NCBI GenBank assembly: GCA_017461985.1
Contig: JAFTSA010000007.1
Span: forward strand, 68,431 to 132,430
Length of the DNA: 64,000 bases
Direction of reading: 5' to 3'
From: Clostridia bacterium
GTDB lineage: Bacteria; Bacillota; Clostridia; Christensenellales; CAG-917
Shown here: one piece after another, positions 11,159 through 20,876 of the stretch
Numbering within the stretch: position 1 is the first letter of the stretch
How the letters are laid out: each line of letters opens with the position of its first letter
The notes under the pieces: model-generated
What the model was told of the DNA's origin: nothing
What the model saw: the letters and a program-made list of their open reading frames with translations, nothing else
Databases searched by the model: none
Program-made: the position numbers and the translations under genes

Positions 11159-11242
11159 TAAACTCTTCACCAAAAGGTGACAAAATAAAATTTCACAACA
11201 CTTTTTTCTCGTCGGGGGAAGCGAGAGAAGAAAGGAAAGGTT

Positions 11243-13678
11243 ATGACACAAAATTATCTTGAAAAGAGCAAAGATTTCTCAAAGCAAATCGCAGAAGTAA
11301 TGGCACGCAACTTTGGCATCAAGCCCGAAGATGCAACCAAGGCACAAATATACAGAGCCACCTGCACAGTCATCCGTGACATACTTACATCAACACGTAT
11401 CGACTTCAAAAAGGTCGTCCGTGAAAGAAATGAAAAGCAAGTGTATTATATGTCAATGGAATTCCTTCTTGGCAGAAGTTTGAAAAACCACCTCTTCAAT
11501 ATGGGCATCACTGACGTGGTTGAAAAAGCAGTTGGTGAACTGGGTATGACCCTTGAAGAACTCTATGAGTTCGAGCCCGATGCAGGTCTTGGCAACGGCG
11601 GTCTTGGAAGACTGGCGGCGGCATATATGGATGCTCTCACATCCTGCGACTATGCAGCAAGCGGTTTCTCAATCATGTATGACTACGGTCTTTTCAAACA
11701 AGTCATCGCAGACGGTTGGCAACTGGAGCAACCCGATGAATGGCTCAAAATGGGCGGTGTCTGGATGGCACCCCGTATGGAAGAAATCTACGAAATCAAA
11801 TTTGGCGGACGCGTCGAACAAAGATGGGAAAACGGCAGACTTATGGTTGAACAAAAGGACCATACAACCGTCCTCGCAGTGCCTTATGATATGAACATCT
11901 CTGGCTACAACACCGACACAGTCAACCGTATACGTTTCTGGTCATCAAAAGCACCTGTTGACTTTGACATCAACGTCTTCTCAAAGGGTGATTACGTCAA
12001 AGCAATGAGTGCAAAGGCAATGGCAGAAAGCATTTCAAAGGTGCTGTATCCTGCCGACGACCACATTGAAGGCAAGTCACTTAGACTCAAACAACAATAT
12101 TTCTTTGTTTCAGCATCAATCCAAAGCATCATCAAGCGTCATTTCAAGACGAATCCTTCTCTTGACAACCTTGCAGACTGTGTGGCAATTCACATCAACG
12201 ACACACACCCCACTCTCTGCATCCCCGAACTTATGCGCATCCTTCTTGACGACTATGGTTATAGCTGGGAAAAGGCATGGGACATCGTCACCCACACCGT
12301 CAGCTACACCAACCACACCGTCATGGCAGAAGCACTTGAAAAGTGGCCTCAGGACCTCTTCCAAAGCTTGCTCCCCAGAGTGTATCAAATCGTCCAAGAA
12401 ATCAACCAAAGATTCTGCGGTGAACTGTGGAACGTCTATCCCAACAACTGGGAAACAGTCAACCACAACGCAGTCCTTGGTGACGGTCAAGTCCGCATGG
12501 CAAACCTTTGCCTTGCAACTTCACACACCATCAACGGCGTCAGTGCATTGCACAGCGACATCTTGAAGAAGGACGTCTTCAGTGACTACTACAAGATGCA
12601 TCCTGAAAAGTTCACCAACGTCACCAACGGTATCACCCATCGTAGATGGGTTTGCCAAGCCAACCCCGGCCTTTCAAAGCTTCTTGATGAACTTATCGGT
12701 GAGGGTTGGAAGAATGACGCAACTGAACTTAATAACCTCCTCCGCTATATGGGAGACAATCAAGTGCTTGATCGTCTTGCATCAATCAAGAGAGAAAACA
12801 AGGAACGCCTTGCAAAGTACATCCTTGAACACAACGGCGTCACCGTCAACCCCGACTCAATCTTTGACGTGCAAGTGAAACGTCTGCATGAATACAAGCG
12901 TCAACTTTTGAACGCACTGCATATCCTTGACCTCTATCTTAGACTGAAAGAGAACCCCAACCTTGACATCGTGCCTCGCACCTTCGTCTTTGGTGCAAAG
13001 GCTGCAAGTGCCTACTATATGGCAAAACAAATCATCCACTTCATCTGCACCCTCGGCAAGGTCATCAACAACGACCCCGACGTGAAAGACAAGCTCAAAG
13101 TTGTCTTCCTTGAAAACTACCGCGTCACCCTTGCAGAAATCATTATGCCCGCAGCAGAAGTCAGTGAACAAATCTCAATCGCAGGCAAGGAAGCAAGTGG
13201 CACAGGCAACATGAAGTTTATGATCAACGGCGCACTTACCCTTGGCACAATGGACGGCGCAAACGTGGAAATCCACGAAAACGTTGGCGAAGAAAATATG
13301 TTCCTCTTCGGTCTTCTTGCCCACGAAGTTGAAGAACTTTGGCGCAAGGGCTACAACCCCACATACCACTATCAAACCAACCCCACAATCAAGGCACTCA
13401 TCGACCAACTCCGCGAAGGCCTTGGCGGTGAAAGATTTGATGAAATCGCAGACAGCCTCACCATTGGCAGAGGCGGACAAGCAGACGGCTTTATGTGTCT
13501 TGAAGACTTTGAGTCCTACAAGAAAGCACAACAAAGAGTCAACGACACCTATCTTGACAAGCAAAAGTGGAACAGAATGTCCCTTGTCAACATTGCAAAA
13601 GCAGGCTTCTTTGCAGGGGATAGAGCAGTCCGTGAATACGCCAACAGAATTTGGGGGCTCAACCCTATCAAGAGGTAA
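11243..13678 (+). CDS. glgP: Glycogen/maltodextrin phosphorylase (GT35)
   Basis: 811 aa with the pyridoxal-phosphate site EASGTGNMKFMINGALT. Confidence 0.93.
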   Translation: MTQNYLEKSKDFSKQIAEVMARNFGIKPEDATKAQIYRATCTVIRDILTSTRIDFKKVVRERNEKQVYYMSMEFLLGRSLKNHLFNMGITDVVEKAVGELGMTLEELYEFEPDAGLGNGGLGRLAAAYMDALTSCDYAASGFSIMYDYGLFKQVIADGWQLEQPDEWLKMGGVWMAPRMEEIYEIKFGGRVEQRWENGRLMVEQKDHTTVLAVPYDMNISGYNTDTVNRIRFWSSKAPVDFDINVFSKGDYVKAMSAKAMAESISKVLYPADDHIEGKSLRLKQQYFFVSASIQSIIKRHFKTNPSLDNLADCVAIHINDTHPTLCIPELMRILLDDYGYSWEKAWDIVTHTVSYTNHTVMAEALEKWPQDLFQSLLPRVYQIVQEINQRFCGELWNVYPNNWETVNHNAVLGDGQVRMANLCLATSHTINGVSALHSDILKKDVFSDYYKMHPEKFTNVTNGITHRRWVCQANPGLSKLLDELIGEGWKNDATELNNLLRYMGDNQVLDRLASIKRENKERLAKYILEHNGVTVNPDSIFDVQVKRLHEYKRQLLNALHILDLYLRLKENPNLDIVPRTFVFGAKAASAYYMAKQIIHFICTLGKVINNDPDVKDKLKVVFLENYRVTLAEIIMPAAEVSEQISIAGKEASGTGNMKFMINGALTLGTMDGANVEIHENVGEENMFLFGLLAHEVEELWRKGYNPTYHYQTNPTIKALIDQLREGLGGERFDEIADSLTIGRGGQADGFMCLEDFESYKKAQQRVNDTYLDKQKWNRMSLVNIAKAGFFAGDRAVREYANRIWGLNPIKR

Positions 13679-13811
13679 AATCTTGACCGCGTGAGGGCGG
13701 AGTGGAAAATTCTGCCTCAAAAACGCAACAAACAAACACAATATTTCAAACAAAAAACCAAGTGAAGCAAGCCTCTTTTTTGGCTTGCTTCCCTCACGAA
13801 AAAGACAGAAA

Positions 13812-15557
13812 ATGTACAATCCTCTCATCCACAAAAAACCCTACGGCGGAGGGGTGGTAGGCAAAGAAATCGCCATCACTTTCCCCCTTGAAAAGCACTT
13901 CAACGTGAAGCGCGTTTTTGTGGTTTTGAGAAAGGACGAGGTGTCAAAACGCATCGAATTGCCATATTCTCACACCGCTGAAAATGTGGATTTTTTCGAG
14001 GCAAAATTTGTCATCGACACCTACGGCATCTGGCACTACCGCTTTGAAGGAGTGCTCCCTGACGGCACTCTTGTTTTCTTTGGACGTGACACAGACGGCA
14101 CTGCCATAAAAGGCGATTGGCTACCCGAATGGCAGTTGACAGTGTCAAAAGTGGACTATAAAACCCCTGTTCAAGCAAAACAAGGCGTAATCTATCAAAT
14201 CTTCCCAGATAGATTTTGCAAGGGTGAAAGCCGTCCTTTCTTAAAGAGTGGACGTTATCACACCAACTGGTATGACCGTCCCGATTTTGCAAAAGAGGGT
14301 GTGGATTATCAAGCCAACGACTTCTACGGTGGCAACGTGGAGGGTGTCATTTCAAAACTTGATTATCTCAAATCTCTCGGTGTCACTTGGATTTATTTTT
14401 GCCCCATTTTCAAGTCATCATCAAATCACCGCTATGACACTGGTGACTATCTTGAAATAGACGAACTTTTTGGTGACGAGGAGCAATTCAAAACCCTCAT
14501 CAAAAAGGCAGAGGAAAAGGGCATATCCATCATCTTGGACGGGGTGTTCAATCACACCGGATCAGACAGTGTCTACTTCAACAAAAAAGGAACGTACAAC
14601 TCTCTCGGCGCATATCAAAGCAAGGAGTCCCCTTACTACGACTGGTATTACTTTGACCAGTATCCAGACAAGTATGGTTGCTGGTGGGGCTCAACCGTTG
14701 TGCCCACAGTCAACAAATCCGCAAATGGTTATCGTGACCTCATCTTAGGTGAAAACGGCGTCATTGAAAAGTGGACGAAGATGGGTGTGAAAGGTTGGCG
14801 TCTTGACGTGGTTGATGAACTCCCCATTGACTTCACCACCGACCTTTGCAAGAAAATAAAATCCGTCAACCCCGATTGCTCAATAATTGGCGAAGTGTGG
14901 GAGGACGCATCAACAAAGGTGGCGTACAGTCAGTGGCGTCCTTACTTTATGGGTGAGCAACTTGACGGCGTGATGAATTATCCTTTCAAAGACAGCATCA
15001 TTTCCTTTGTGCTTGGTGGCAAAACTTATGATTTTGTTGGTAGAATAACCCGTATCCTTGAAAACTACCCGAAGGAAAGCCTTGACGTCAATATGAACCT
15101 GATCGGCTCACACGACACCGCCCGTATTCTCACCGTCCTTGCAGGTGTGCCCGCGCCCTACAAAAAGGAAGAAAGAGCAGTGGCAGTCCTTGAAGGAGAA
15201 CTTTATAACAAAGCAAAGAGCAGGTTGAAAGTGGCATCAACACTTCAATATATTCTTCCCGGTATGCCCTGTCTATATTATGGTGACGAGGCCGGTGCTT
15301 ATGGCTATGAAGACCCTCTCAACCGTGGCACTTATCCTTGGGGCAGAGAGGACCTTGATCTTGTCCGCCACTATCAAACCCTTGGTGAAATCCGCAGAAA
15401 ATATGCCGATTTCTTCCTTGGTGAAACCACTTTTGAAGATGTCACTGACAACGGATTCACCATTGTAAGAAAGTGCGAAAGAGGCGAACTTCGCCTTTCA
15501 GCAACTCACCAAAGTGCAATTCTCACAGTAAACGACGAGGAAGTCTTCAAAATCTAA
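13812..15557 (+). CDS. GH13 alpha-glycosidase (neopullulanase/cyclomaltodextrinase-like)
   Basis: GH13 regions DGVFNHTG, GWRLDVVDELP, IIGEVWED and GSHDTARI. The start is uncertain (ATG 13812 versus TTG 13785) and there is no clear SD. Confidence 0.8.
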   Translation: MYNPLIHKKPYGGGVVGKEIAITFPLEKHFNVKRVFVVLRKDEVSKRIELPYSHTAENVDFFEAKFVIDTYGIWHYRFEGVLPDGTLVFFGRDTDGTAIKGDWLPEWQLTVSKVDYKTPVQAKQGVIYQIFPDRFCKGESRPFLKSGRYHTNWYDRPDFAKEGVDYQANDFYGGNVEGVISKLDYLKSLGVTWIYFCPIFKSSSNHRYDTGDYLEIDELFGDEEQFKTLIKKAEEKGISIILDGVFNHTGSDSVYFNKKGTYNSLGAYQSKESPYYDWYYFDQYPDKYGCWWGSTVVPTVNKSANGYRDLILGENGVIEKWTKMGVKGWRLDVVDELPIDFTTDLCKKIKSVNPDCSIIGEVWEDASTKVAYSQWRPYFMGEQLDGVMNYPFKDSIISFVLGGKTYDFVGRITRILENYPKESLDVNMNLIGSHDTARILTVLAGVPAPYKKEERAVAVLEGELYNKAKSRLKVASTLQYILPGMPCLYYGDEAGAYGYEDPLNRGTYPWGREDLDLVRHYQTLGEIRRKYADFFLGETTFEDVTDNGFTIVRKCERGELRLSATHQSAILTVNDEEVFKI

Positions 15558-15639
15558 CCTCAAAAACCAAACATCAAAACCGATATTCTAAACGGGTGGA
15601 TTTGATTGGGAGTGAAAATTTGTACACAAATTTTTGACG

Positions 15640-15664
15640 AGTGCGTGGACACACGCACTTTTGT
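15640..15664 (+). terminator. Intrinsic terminator ending the glycogen operon
   Basis: AGTGCGTG-gaca-CACGCACT followed by TTTTGT. Confidence 0.7.
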
Positions 15665-15665
15665 A

Positions 15666-15694
15666 TTGCAATAAAATAGTTTTTAATATATAAT
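15666..15694 (+). promoter_or_regulatory. Sigma-A promoter placed for a leaderless or near-leaderless transcript
   Basis: TTGCAA (15666-15671), 17-nt spacer, TATAAT (15689-15694). ATG 15703 lies only 8 nt downstream with no SD. Confidence 0.5.
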
Positions 15695-15702
15695 ATTTTA
15701 TT

Positions 15703-16128
15703 ATGACAACAGCATTTTCCTTCCCCTGTCAAAAGGTCCTGCAAAAGTATGCAAAGGACCCCGATATCGCACCTATCATGAAAGATATTGCCAATGCGCA
15801 ACAAGGTGTGGTCACTTTTTCAAAAGACGTCAAAAAGTATATGCTCAAATTTATCCATGAGAGATATGACAACAACGAAGAAGTGAACACCCTCATTGAA
15901 ATCTTGAAGCACAGTGGCAAATATGAGTCTTTCAACTTCCTTGAAATCTTCCAACTTCAAGACGAAGCATATTTTTGGTATGACTTCCTCAACTGCTATG
16001 CTCTTTGGAAGATAATTGGAAAGACCTACGGCTTCATCGATAGTGATGACGCAATCCGCGTTTTGGTACGTCTTGTCAGAAATGATATGACCATCTTCAA
16101 CGACTATGCGGAATTGACCAAAAAGTGA
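15703..16128 (+). CDS. Hypothetical 141-aa cytoplasmic protein, translationally coupled to radC
   Basis: Clean ORF with no recognisable motif. Its stop TGA (16126-16128) overlaps the radC start (GTGATG). Confidence 0.5.
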   Translation: MTTAFSFPCQKVLQKYAKDPDIAPIMKDIANAQQGVVTFSKDVKKYMLKFIHERYDNNEEVNTLIEILKHSGKYESFNFLEIFQLQDEAYFWYDFLNCYALWKIIGKTYGFIDSDDAIRVLVRLVRNDMTIFNDYAELTKK

Positions 16129-16808
16129 TGGCAGTGCACGACGGACATAGAGATAGACTGCGTGAAAAGATTGTTTCCGCAGGGATTGAATCACTCCAAC
16201 CTCACGAGATTTTGGAGTTTTTGCTTTTTGCATTTATTCCGCGCAAGGACACAAACGCCATAGCCCACGAGCTCATCAACACTTTCGGCTCTTTTGCGGA
16301 CGTGCTCAGCACCGACGTGGATAGACTTATGGCGGTGAAGGGTATGACCAAAAACGCAGCGATTTTCTTAAACTCCCTTCCCGACGTCCTTCGTGTCTAT
16401 TCCAACGATAGAGCAAAGGAAAAGATAAGCCTTGCAGGCAGAGGTGTGGCAAGAGATTTTATGAAAGCCAAACTTTTCGGCAAGGAAATTGAGCAAGTGT
16501 ATATGGTGGCAGTTGACGCCAAGGACAACTTTATCCGTATGGAGAAGTTGGCAAGCGGTGACGGCGTTGCAGTCAGTGTGCCAGTTAGAGAAATTGCAGA
16601 TTTCGCACTCCGCACTGGTGCTTGTGGCATACTCCTTGCTCACAACCACCCCAGTGGCGATTTGTCACCTTCCGCTTACGACCTCGCCCTCACCTTGAAG
16701 ATAAGAGATATGCTGAAAAACATATCCGTCACCCTTCAAGACCACTTCATTTTTAGCGACAGAAAATACTATTCATTTGAGGAAAACGGACTTATTCCTC
16801 AAAAATAA
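16125..16808 (+). CDS. radC: RadC-family JAB/MPN domain protein
   Basis: N-terminal HhH-like GHRDRLREK...FGSFADVL and C-terminal JAMM motif LLAHNHPSGDLSPS. The start is GTG 16125 or ATG 16128. Confidence 0.85.
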   Translation: MMAVHDGHRDRLREKIVSAGIESLQPHEILEFLLFAFIPRKDTNAIAHELINTFGSFADVLSTDVDRLMAVKGMTKNAAIFLNSLPDVLRVYSNDRAKEKISLAGRGVARDFMKAKLFGKEIEQVYMVAVDAKDNFIRMEKLASGDGVAVSVPVREIADFALRTGACGILLAHNHPSGDLSPSAYDLALTLKIRDMLKNISVTLQDHFIFSDRKYYSFEENGLIPQK

Positions 16809-16818
16809 AGGATACATT

Positions 16819-18267
16819 ATGACAGTAAGAACAAGATTTGCCCCCTCACCTACGGGCTTTATGCACATCGGCAACCTTCGCACAGGTCTTTACACCTATC
16901 TTTATGCAAGAAAACATAAAGGCACTTTTATCCTTCGCATCGAAGACACCGACCAAGAAAGAAAGGTTGAAGGTGCAGTTGAAGCAATTTATCGCACACT
17001 GAACATTGCTGGTATGGACTACGATGAAGGTCCTGACAAAGACGGCGGATACGGCCCTTACGTCCAAACCGAGCGTATGGGACTTTACAAGGAATACGCC
17101 GAAAAACTTGTGGAACTTGGCGGAGCATATTACTGTTTCTGCGACAAGGAGCGTCTCCAATCAATCGTTGACGAAAACGGACTTCACACCTACGACAAAC
17201 ATTGCCGTAATATCCCTCTTGAAGAAGCAAAGGCAAGAGTTGCAGCAGGCGAGCCTTACGTCATAAGACAAAAGGTGCCCGAAGGCGTTGTGTCATCATA
17301 CACCGACCTTGTCTTTGGTGAAATCGCAGTGGCTAGTGCAGACATTGAAGACGGCGTCCTTCTCAAGAGTGACGGTCTCCCCACCTATAACTTTGCCAAC
17401 GTCATTGACGACCATCTTATGGGCATCACCCACGTTATGAGAGGTGTGGAGTATCTTTCATCAACCCCCAAATACAACCTTATGTACGACGCATTTGGTT
17501 GGGAAAGACCTACATACATTCACTTGTCACCCATCATGAAAGACGCACAACGCAAGCTGTCAAAGAGATATGGTGACGCCAACTTTGAGGACTTTGTGGC
17601 AAAGGGATATTTGCCTGAAGCAATCGTCAACTATATCGCACTTCTTGGCTGGTGTCCTAAGACCAACAAGGAGAAGATGACCATTGAAGAAATGATTGAA
17701 GAGTTTGACGTGGACGGCATTTCAAAGAGTCCTGCAATCTTTGACGAAGCAAAGATGCGCTGGCTCAATGGCGAGTATTTGAAGGCAATGACACCTGATG
17801 AATTCTACAAAGTTTCACTGCCTTATATCCTCAAGAGCAAAGCAGGCGGAAAGTTTAATGACTACGAAATCAGCCGTCTTATGCAAACCCGTGTTGACGT
17901 CCTTTCAGACATTCCTGAAAAGATTGACTTCCTTGTTGACTTTGATGAATACGACGTCAATATGTACGTGCATCAAAAGATGAAAGTGGACTTTAACGTT
18001 GCAAAACGTGCACTTAAAATTGCGTTTGATGCACTTGCAGGTCTTGATGACTGGGCAGAAGACGCCATCAAAGAGGCCATGAAATCATCTGCCGAAGCAA
18101 ACGGAATGAAGGGTGGTCAAGTTATGTTCAGTGTCCGTGTGGCACTGACAGGTCAACCCTCAACCCCCGGTGGCGCAGTGGAAATGGCAGTGGTCCTTGG
18201 CAAGGAAGAAAGCCTACGCAGACTGCAATTCTCAATGGACTATCTTGACAGAGTTGTCACCGAATAA
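16819..18267 (+). CDS. gltX: Glutamate--tRNA ligase
   Basis: RFAPSPTGFMHIGNLRT (HIGH) and KLSKR (KMSKS) motifs. Start set at ATG 16819 rather than the in-frame upstream start at 16777. Confidence 0.93.
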   Translation: MTVRTRFAPSPTGFMHIGNLRTGLYTYLYARKHKGTFILRIEDTDQERKVEGAVEAIYRTLNIAGMDYDEGPDKDGGYGPYVQTERMGLYKEYAEKLVELGGAYYCFCDKERLQSIVDENGLHTYDKHCRNIPLEEAKARVAAGEPYVIRQKVPEGVVSSYTDLVFGEIAVASADIEDGVLLKSDGLPTYNFANVIDDHLMGITHVMRGVEYLSSTPKYNLMYDAFGWERPTYIHLSPIMKDAQRKLSKRYGDANFEDFVAKGYLPEAIVNYIALLGWCPKTNKEKMTIEEMIEEFDVDGISKSPAIFDEAKMRWLNGEYLKAMTPDEFYKVSLPYILKSKAGGKFNDYEISRLMQTRVDVLSDIPEKIDFLVDFDEYDVNMYVHQKMKVDFNVAKRALKIAFDALAGLDDWAEDAIKEAMKSSAEANGMKGGQVMFSVRVALTGQPSTPGGAVEMAVVLGKEESLRRLQFSMDYLDRVVTE

Positions 18268-18350
18268 AGAGTAGTCAACGAATAATGTGAAAAGTGTTTG
18301 TCCGTGATATAGGTTAGAAAAATATACAACGGAAACACAACCAATCAGTT

Positions 18351-20192
18351 ATGAAAAGAAATTTCAAATTTATCCTCACCATAGCCCTTGTCCTTGCAGT
18401 CTTGGTCGCTGCTCTTATGCCTACTGGCGTGGCAATGGCAACCCAATACGGCAGTGTGTCTTCTGACAACGCTGATGTGTTTTGGTATTATGGTGAAAAC
18501 CACTTGAATATCTCTGCCATGAAGGAATCCGTGTCAAAGTGGATTCAAGGTGCAGACAAAAACAATCCCGTTGTCATCGGTGTCATCGACACAGGTGTCA
18601 ACTTTGCCCACGAAGTTTTCCAAAAGACAAACACCCTTTACAAGGTGGACGGAAAAGAGCAGGGCTATAACGCCTTTGTTGGAAGCGGTGTTGCAGGGGT
18701 CAAAAACCCCACCGCAGATGAGATTGCCAACGTTGTTGACAAAACCACCAACAGCCACGGCACTGCAGTTGCCAGCATAATGGCAATGATGATACACGAG
18801 TTGGGACTCAGCGATTATATCAAGATTTATCCCATCAAGGCATCTCGTGACGACACAACCGCTTTCCCCGATGCATCTGTGGCAAACGGCATAAAGTACG
18901 CCATGGACACCCAAGACACTTTGGGCATTGACGTCCTCAACCTTGCACTTTGTGGCTACGTTGCAAAGGACTACGAAAAGCACCAACAACTCTTCCTCAA
19001 CGCCTCAAGTGATATGGTGATCGTTGCAGCAGCAGGCAACGACAACTACGTTTCCTCATCAAAGGCAGGTTATCCCGCATCTCTTGACGGTGTGCTTTCC
19101 GTCATGGGCTATGACAAAAACGGCGTGAAGACAGACAGCAACTACGGCGACTATGACGTCACCGCCCCCGCAGACGGCATTTACGTCGCAAAGGGCGCAA
19201 GTGATTCATACACCACCTCAACAGGCACAAGCATGGCAACCGCCTTTGTGTCCGTTGTCAGCGCAGTGGTCACCCTCCGTGAGCAAACAACAGGAGGCGC
19301 AACCTCTTCAACGGTCATTGCAAGACACGTCATCACTTCATCAACCAAGAGTGAAATCCAATACAACGGCTACAGTCTCCCCAAATTTGAAGGCTACGCC
19401 AGTGTCAATGACCCTATCACCGACACCTATCTTGAGCCCACCGGCATCACAATGACCAACGATAAGGATTTGTCTGCAGACGCAACAATCTATCGTGGAC
19501 AACACGGCGTGGTCACTTTCACTGCCGACCTTGCACCCTTCGGCTCAACCAATCCCGCCCTTGCAAACAAGGTTGTGTGGACTTTGACTGAAATCTTGTC
19601 AAAACCTGTCCTCGACAAAGACGGCAAGGAAACAGGGGGGTTTGAGGAATATGACGGCGAAAGCAAAGAAATCGGCATGGGCAAGTCAATCGACTACACT
19701 CCCGACAGAAAGGGCACGTATCGTCTTACTGCCACTTACACAAATGATAGCACCTCTTTCAGTGCCTCAATAAGATTCTTGGTCAAGTACGTTTCCTACG
19801 ACTCAGTTGCAGGCCACGTCCAAGTGACACCTTCTCCTATTGAAGGCCGTGATATTGGTGAAAAGGCAGGCACAATCTTCACCGGAGACAGCCTCACTTT
19901 CAGCCTTTCAAATATGGAAGGAGTTGACCCTGAAAAGGAAATCAAGTGGTTTGTCAACGGCGAGCAAGTGTCAACAGGAGACACCTTTGACTTTGCACCT
20001 ACAAAGAGTGGTGAATACGTCATCACCGCTCAATATGGTGACTATCGTCAAGTGGAAAACGTCTACACCTTGACAGTGAAATCCGCCTTCTTCAAAACTG
20101 AAGTTTGGGCAAGTGTGCTAGGTGTTGGAGTTGCTCTCATCATAGGCGTGGTGCTGACGGTAGTTGTCCTGAAAAAGCAAAAGAAAGCATAA
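18351..20192 (+). CDS. Subtilisin-like S8 serine protease with signal peptide and C-terminal TM anchor
   Basis: Catalytic triad contexts VIDTGV (Asp), HGTAVASI (His) and GTSMATAF (Ser). Hydrophobic N-terminal leader ending VAMA. The C-terminus is WASVLGVGVALIIGVVLTVVVLKKQKK. Confidence 0.85.
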   Translation: MKRNFKFILTIALVLAVLVAALMPTGVAMATQYGSVSSDNADVFWYYGENHLNISAMKESVSKWIQGADKNNPVVIGVIDTGVNFAHEVFQKTNTLYKVDGKEQGYNAFVGSGVAGVKNPTADEIANVVDKTTNSHGTAVASIMAMMIHELGLSDYIKIYPIKASRDDTTAFPDASVANGIKYAMDTQDTLGIDVLNLALCGYVAKDYEKHQQLFLNASSDMVIVAAAGNDNYVSSSKAGYPASLDGVLSVMGYDKNGVKTDSNYGDYDVTAPADGIYVAKGASDSYTTSTGTSMATAFVSVVSAVVTLREQTTGGATSSTVIARHVITSSTKSEIQYNGYSLPKFEGYASVNDPITDTYLEPTGITMTNDKDLSADATIYRGQHGVVTFTADLAPFGSTNPALANKVVWTLTEILSKPVLDKDGKETGGFEEYDGESKEIGMGKSIDYTPDRKGTYRLTATYTNDSTSFSASIRFLVKYVSYDSVAGHVQVTPSPIEGRDIGEKAGTIFTGDSLTFSLSNMEGVDPEKEIKWFVNGEQVSTGDTFDFAPTKSGEYVITAQYGDYRQVENVYTLTVKSAFFKTEVWASVLGVGVALIIGVVLTVVVLKKQKKA

Positions 20193-20195
20193 ATG

Positions 20196-20221
20196 AAGCC
20201 CGTCAAATAGGCGGGCTTTTT
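20196..20221. terminator. Bidirectional terminator between the S8 protease and veg
   Basis: AAGCCCG (20196-20202) pairs with CGGGCTT (20212-20218), followed by a T-run. Confidence 0.7.
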
Positions 20222-20244
20222 GAATAACAAAGTGAAATCAAAGG

Positions 20245-20481
20245 TCAATCCTTAGGTTTTAAAAAGAGCACGTTGCCACTGTGGACGTCACTGTATGAAA
20301 AGGTTTTCACCTCACCAGAGTCTGTACGGATTGAAAACACCGCAGGGAAAACAGCCGTCACTTCACCGTGATACAAAGAGGACTTTCCTCGTCCTGACAT
20401 CACCTTTACAATGAGGGGCACGCCAACAAGACGGCGTATTCTTTCTTTGGTGATGAGGATTGAATCATTGACTGTGCGCAT
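20245..20481 (-). CDS. veg: Veg (DUF1021) small protein
   Basis: 78 aa. The GRGKSSLYHGEVTAVFPAVFSIRTDSGEVKTFSYSDV stretch parallels B. subtilis Veg ([26 protein letters not shown]...SYSYADI). Confidence 0.8.
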   Translation of the reverse strand: MRTVNDSILITKERIRRLVGVPLIVKVMSGRGKSSLYHGEVTAVFPAVFSIRTDSGEVKTFSYSDVHSGNVLFLKPKD

Positions 20482-20579
20482 AGTGAGATTATTGACAAAA
20501 CAGCAAAAAACATACTTAATCTAGCGGATTTTGACACATAAAACTGCCTTTTAGAAAACAAACGCAAAAAGGAAATGAT

Positions 20580-20876
20580 ATGGACGACAAGCAATTTGAA
20601 CAATATATTGCTGAAAGAAAACAGCAAGCAATCACTAAAATAAAGAAGAATATCAAAAAGCAATGGGGGCTTTCAGCAGTGCTCACTGCGGTGTCTCTTG
20701 CCATGTGTGGCGCAGGGATATATCTTCTTACAACAGGAGGATACGTCCTCGGCTCCGTGCTTTTGGCAGTGGGTGTTGGTGTCACCTCAGCAGTCATCGT
20801 CTTGCACGTGAGAGCGCTGAAAAAGTTGAACAAAGTCCTTGGTGAAGTCAACGCCATCGGAGAGGACAACAAATGA
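20580..20876 (+). CDS. Small two-TM membrane protein, hypothetical
   Basis: 98 aa with two hydrophobic helices. Its stop overlaps the next start (ATGA at 20873). Confidence 0.5.
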   Translation: MDDKQFEQYIAERKQQAITKIKKNIKKQWGLSAVLTAVSLAMCGAGIYLLTTGGYVLGSVLLAVGVGVTSAVIVLHVRALKKLNKVLGEVNAIGEDNK

